Of a stretch of 64,000 nucleotides of DNA, positions 59,280 to 64,000 are shown piece after piece (position 1 is the stretch's first letter; every line of letters begins with the position of its first letter). Origin of the DNA: the human T2T-CHM13v2.0 reference genome, Homo sapiens; the NCBI RefSeq assembly GCF_009914755.1, contig NC_060926.1; one strand, written 5' to 3'. The notes below the pieces were generated by a model. That model had not been told where the DNA came from. It did not search any database and saw nothing but the letters and a program-made list of their open reading frames with translations. The translations under genes and the position numbers were made by a program.

Positions 59280-60240
59280 CTGCCTGCTAATAAATTTAGG
59301 AGAAATTATAGAATTGGCAAGATTTCATTTTTAAAATCGTTACAGTAGCAATTGATCCAGTCAAGTGGTTGTCAGTGACAACCACTTGAGAAAGTTGTTG
59401 AATAACAAGATAGTCACAAATACTGCGCTACAAATTACTGACTACCTTAATTGGATAAAGTGCACCTTTCTAATACCCATCATTTCCATCAAAACTCACA
59501 TTGCTAGCAATGAACAACCTGACACCACTCTGAAAATACCCATCCTTGTCATCAAAATTCACATTCTAGCAGTGGACCACCTGATATCACGTGTTTGTTA
59601 ATGTGCACCCCATGAAATGTTCTTGTTCATATTGTTTAATTTGAATCTAAACCAAACTAAAACCCTAATTTTCAATGTACAGGAAATACAAGGGATAGAG
59701 AAATGAGTTTAACAATGTCATAAGTAAATGATTGGCCAAATCCTGAATGTAGAACATTCTACAAGGCAATTGACTGGACTCTTCAAAAAGTTATGTCAAA
59801 AACAAACAATAAGAAAACAGGAAAGAAAGGGGAACTTTTCCAGATTTAGAGTTGAAAAAGTCACAGCCAAACGTAATATATGCAGCTTGATTGGATTCTT
59901 GTAGGTGGAAAAAGTTGTAAAAGACACTTTAGAGCAAGTGGAAAAATTTTAAAATATGGATGGGCCGTTAGACATAGTGGAATTTGGTTAATTGTTTTGG
60001 TGTGATAATGGCATTTTGGTTTTGACGAGACTGTTTTTATTCATAGGGGAAGCATGGTGTGTTGCATCATGTTGTTGGCACCTTGCTTTGATGCGGAAAT
60101 AAAAGAAAGGAATAATTCACATCCGCATAAGGCAACAATAACAGAATATAAATTATTAAATCTGGGTGAAGGGTGTATGAGCATTTATTTACTCATTAAC
60201 TTTTCTACGTGCTTAAAATGTTATGACAAAAAGCTGAAAT
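59280..60240 (+). mobile_element. L1MC4/5-like 3' UTR
   Basis: tacaggaaatacaagggatagag; ccaaatcctgaatgtagaacattctaca; ggtgtgataatggcatt; aatctgggtgaagggtgtatg. Confidence 0.7.
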
Positions 60241-60527
60241 ATAAATATACCCTTCTCTGGGAAAGATAGCTCTGAAGAGTAGTTTACCCCCGGAAACTCT
60301 TTGAGACTTTTGATTCTTAAGTGATGTGACCATTTAAGAAGGCACATCCCTCTTACTCCCTCTTTTCTATCAAGTCCTCAGTTCTACTAAAAAATTATGT
60401 TTCTATACAGGAGGAGAAATCTATGAGTACTATTTTTTTTTTTGGTCAGAAACTAAAGATTAACTGATTTTTAAATTTAGATTAATTCAGAAAGAAAATG
60501 CATTAGTTAAAACAAAGATGTAAAGCG

Positions 60528-62681
60528 TTTTTATTTTTTAAATTCATATTTTCATTTCCATAGCATTTGGGGTACAGTGCTTTTTTTTGTTACATAGATG
60601 AATCCTATAGTGATGAATTTTGAGATTTTAGTGTACCCATCAAACTGTGTGTACATTGCACCTAATGCGTAGTTTTTATCGCTAGCCCCCCCTTTCATCC
60701 TCCTCCTCCTGAGTCTCTAATGTCTATTATATCACTCTGCATGCCTTTGCGTACTCATAGCTTAACTTCCACTAGTGAGGACATACAGTTTTTGGTTTTA
60801 GGTTTTCTACTCCTGTGTTACTTTTTTTAGAATACTGTCCTCTAGCTCCATCCAAGTTGCTGCAAAACATATTATCTTGTTCTTTTTAATAGCTGAGTAG
60901 TATTCCATAGTGTATATGTACCACATTTTCTTTATCCACTTGGAAGTTGATGGCATTTAGATTGGTTCTACATCTTTGCAAATGTGAATTGTGCTGCTGT
61001 AAACATACGTGTGCAAGTGTCTTTTCATAGAATGACTTCTTTTCCTTTGGGTAGATACTCAATAGTAGGATTGCCGGATTAAATGGTAGATCTACTTTTA
61101 TCTCTTTAAGGATTCTCCATACTGTTTTTCATAGAGGTTGTACTAATTTACATTCCCACCAGCAGTGTATAACCATTCCCTTTTCCCCACATCCACACCA
61201 TTATCTATTGTTTTTTGACTATTTATTTATTGAGATGGAGTTTTGCCCTTGTTGCCCAGGCTGGAGTGCAATGGCCCAATCTCAGCTCACTGGACCTCTG
61301 CCTCTTGGGTTTAAGTGATTCTCCTGCTTCAGCCTCCCTAGTAGCTGGAATTACAGCTATGGAATTACAGCTGGAATTACAGCACATGCCACCATGCCCA
61401 GCTAATTTTTGTATTTTTAGTAGTGATGGGGTTTCTCCATGTTGGTCAGGCTGGTCTCGACCTCAGGTGATCCGCCTGCCTGGGCCTCCCAAAGTGCTGG
61501 GATTACAGGCATGAGCCACTGCGTCCCACTGACTTTTTAATCGTGGCCATTCTTGCAGGAGTAGGGTGATAACTCATTGTGGTTTTAATTTGCATTTCCC
61601 TGATGGTTAGTGATGTTGAGCATTTTTTCATGCCTTTGACCATTCGTATGTCTTCTTTTGAGAAATGTCTATGTCTTTTGCCCCCTTTTTAATGAGATTA
61701 TTTGTTTTGCTGATTTGTTTGTGTTCCTTGTAAATTCTGGATACTAGTCCTTAGTCAGATGTGAACTTTGCAAATATTTTCTCCCATTCTGGGTGTTGTC
61801 TGTTTACTCTGCTTATTGTTTCTTTTGCTGTGTGGAAGCTTTTTAGCTTAATTTGGTTCCATTTATTTGTTTTTGTTGCATTTGCTTTTGGGATCTTAGT
61901 CATGAATTCTTTGCCTAGGCCAGTGTCTAGAAGAGTTTTTCCAACATTGTCTGCTAGAATTTTTATAGTTTCAGATCTTATATTTAAGTCTTTGGTCTAT
62001 CTTGAGTTGATTTTTGTATGAAGTGAGATATAGGTATCCAGTTTATTCTTTTATATGTGGTTTGCCGGTTTTCCCATTTAATACATAGGATGTCCATTCC
62101 CCAATTCATGTTTTTGTATGCTTTGTTGAAAATCAGTTGGCTGTACATATTTGGCTTTATTTCTGGGTTCTCTGTTCTTTTCCATAGATCTATGTGCCTA
62201 CTTTTATACCAGTACCATGCTGTTTTGGTAACTATAGTCTTGTAGTATAATTCAAAGTCCAGTCATGTGATACCTCCAGATTTGTTCAAAAACTTTTGCT
62301 TAGGATAGCTTTGGCTATTCGGGCTCTTTTTTGATTCCATATTAATTTTAGGATTTTTTTTTCTAATTCTGTGAAAAATGATGTTGGTATTTTGATGGAA
62401 ATTGCATTGAATCTGTAGATTTCTTTAGGCAGTATGGTCATTTTCACAATATTGATCCTTCTAATCCATGAACATGGGATGCATTTCCATTTGTGTCATC
62501 TGTGATTTCTTTTAGCAGTGTTTTGTAGTTCTCCTTGTGGAGATCTTTTACCTCCCGCATTACATATGTTCTTAGGTATTTTATTTTTTTTCCTGATGTT
62601 GTAAAAGGGATTGAGATCTTGATTTGATTCTCAGCTAGGTCACTGTTGGTATATAACAGTGCTACATTTTTGTGTATATTG
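60528..62681 (-). mobile_element. 5'-truncated L1PB-like element with a nested Alu
   Basis: catagcatttggggtacag...gagattttagtgtacccatc 3' end; ORF2 motifs ccagtaccatgctgttttgg, gaaattgcattgaatctgtagatt. Confidence 0.9.
61221..61527 (-). mobile_element. AluS (Sq/Sp-like) nested in L1PB
   Basis: gagttttgcccttgttgcccaggctggagtgcaatggc; tgact flanks on both sides. Confidence 0.93.
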
Positions 62682-62730
62682 TAAATCTAACTTTCTAATG
62701 TGGAACTAATGAGATTGGAATCTGAGGCTA

Positions 62731-63300
62731 GAGTATTAGCTTTATATTTTTGCGTAATAAATTACCACATAGCTTCTTAAAACAAGTCTAGTTTATTAGG
62801 TAGGAGTTCTGAAGGCCAGAAATCTGGACAGACTGAGCTGAGTTCTCTAATTAGGGTCTCACAAGGCCAAAATCGTGGTATCAGCCAGGCTGGGCTCTTT
62901 TATGGAGGCTTTGGGATGCTCTGTTGCAGAGTTTGACCTCCTAGACAGGCAGGTCTGAGGTCCCCACATCCTTTCTGGCTGTTCATTATGGTCACTCCCT
63001 GCTCCTAGAGGGTGCCCCAATTCTCTCTTGCATTTCCCTTTCATCGGCAAATGAGCAACATCTGATTTTTTTTCTTCCCTAACTTCCCCTTCTGCTAACA
63101 TCAGGAGAAAACTGTTTTTAAATGGCTGATGTAATTAGATGAGACCTACTAAATAGTCTCTCTGGTTTAAGGCCAACTGTATCATATAACATAAAATAAT
63201 TCCAGGGATGATGTCTCATCATATGCACAGGTTCTAGCTATACTCAGTGGGAGGATTATGCAAGGGTGAGTATCACTGGGAATTCTTAGGATTCTGCCTA
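62731..63300 (-). mobile_element. MaLR LTR, MLT1E-like
   Basis: gtaataaattaccaca...gagttctgaaggccagaaatct...agggtctcacaaggccaaaatc...ttaggattctgccta. Confidence 0.7.
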
Positions 63301-63350
63301 AGAGTTTCTACTTTGGTTTTTGGGAGACAATTTTTTAAATCTACTTTTTA

Positions 63351-63706
63351 ATCTACTTACTGGCATGTGTATGTTAGTTCTCTGTGCTTTATCACCTGCC
63401 TATTTATTGAATTGTATGTGTTACTTCACTGTACCTCAGCATCTGTCAACTTATTTAAATGTGTGTGTTGGTTTTCTGTGCCTTGGGATCTACTCATTCA
63501 TTGGAATGTGTGTTTTGGTTGATTGTGCCCCAGTATCTATGTATTGAAATGTGTGTGTTGGTTCACTCAGCCTTTCCATTTATCTATGTATTGAAATGTG
63601 TGTGTTGGTTCATTGTGCCATGGCATCTGTCTATTTATTGAAATGAGTATGTTGGTTTTCTGGACCTGGGTATCTGTCTATTTATTGAAATGTGTGTGGG
63701 GGTTTC
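63351..63706. repeat. Diverged 47-bp minisatellite, about 8 copies
   Basis: Units start at 63351, 63398, 63445, 63492, 63535, 63582, 63629 and 63676; core RTCTATTTATTGAAATGTGTGTGTTGGTT. Confidence 0.9.
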
Positions 63707-63715
63707 ATCATCTCT

Positions 63716-64000
63716 ATTATTATATTATTATTATTTTGAGAGACAGTATTTTGCTCTGTTGCCTAGGCTGGAGCGCAGTGGTACAATCATAGCTCACTAC
63801 AGCCTCAAACTCCTGGGCTCATGCAAACCTCCAGCCTCAGCCTCCTGAGTAGCTAGGACTACAGGTGTGTGCCACCACACCTGGCTAATGTTTTTGTTTT
63901 ATTTTATTGTAATGGATATAAGGTCTTGGAATGTTACCCAGGCTGGTCTCAAATCCCTGGCCTCAAGTGATGCTCCCAAACTGCAGGGATTACAGGTGTG
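63716..64000 (-). mobile_element. AluJ (Jo/Jr-like), cut by the window end
   Basis: (TAT)n tail; caatcatagctcactacagcctcaaactcctgggctca J-type motifs. Confidence 0.92.

Noticed and set aside
63351-63706. CRISPR-like repeat/spacer appearance
   Set aside because: Primate intron, no cas genes, repeats are degenerate and the spacers are homologous to each other; it is a minisatellite.

Overview
Primate (almost certainly human) genomic DNA from inside the giant gene PARD3B (PAR3L/ALS2CR19), transcribed on the + strand. The only convincing coding sequence is one 102-nt internal exon at 10451-10552 ([34 protein letters not shown], the second half of the N-terminal CR1/PB1-like oligomerisation domain, i.e. 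exon 2); the ORF track misses it. The rest is AT-rich intron filled with interspersed repeats: 12 Alu/FLAM copies, several L1 blocks, L2, L3/CR1, MIRs, ERV1 and MaLR solo LTRs, MER5 and a MADE1 MITE. Repeat subfamily names come from my recollection of consensus sequences and need RepeatMasker/Dfam confirmation. The ORF-track entries I checked are repeat-derived or look like chance ORFs. I found no prokaryote-type system such as CRISPR or an operon. The best leads are: (1) a recursive-splice-site-like motif (polyU-TAG|GTAAGT, 31025/31026) overlapping a perfect 20-bp palindrome; (2) a MADE1 split by AluY that still keeps a 26-bp miR-548-like hairpin; (3) a strongly diverged but period-conserved 47-bp tandem array at 63351-63706; (4) an L2-derived fold-back hairpin 1 kb after exon 2; (5) several perfect short inverted repeats that look like template-switch products.
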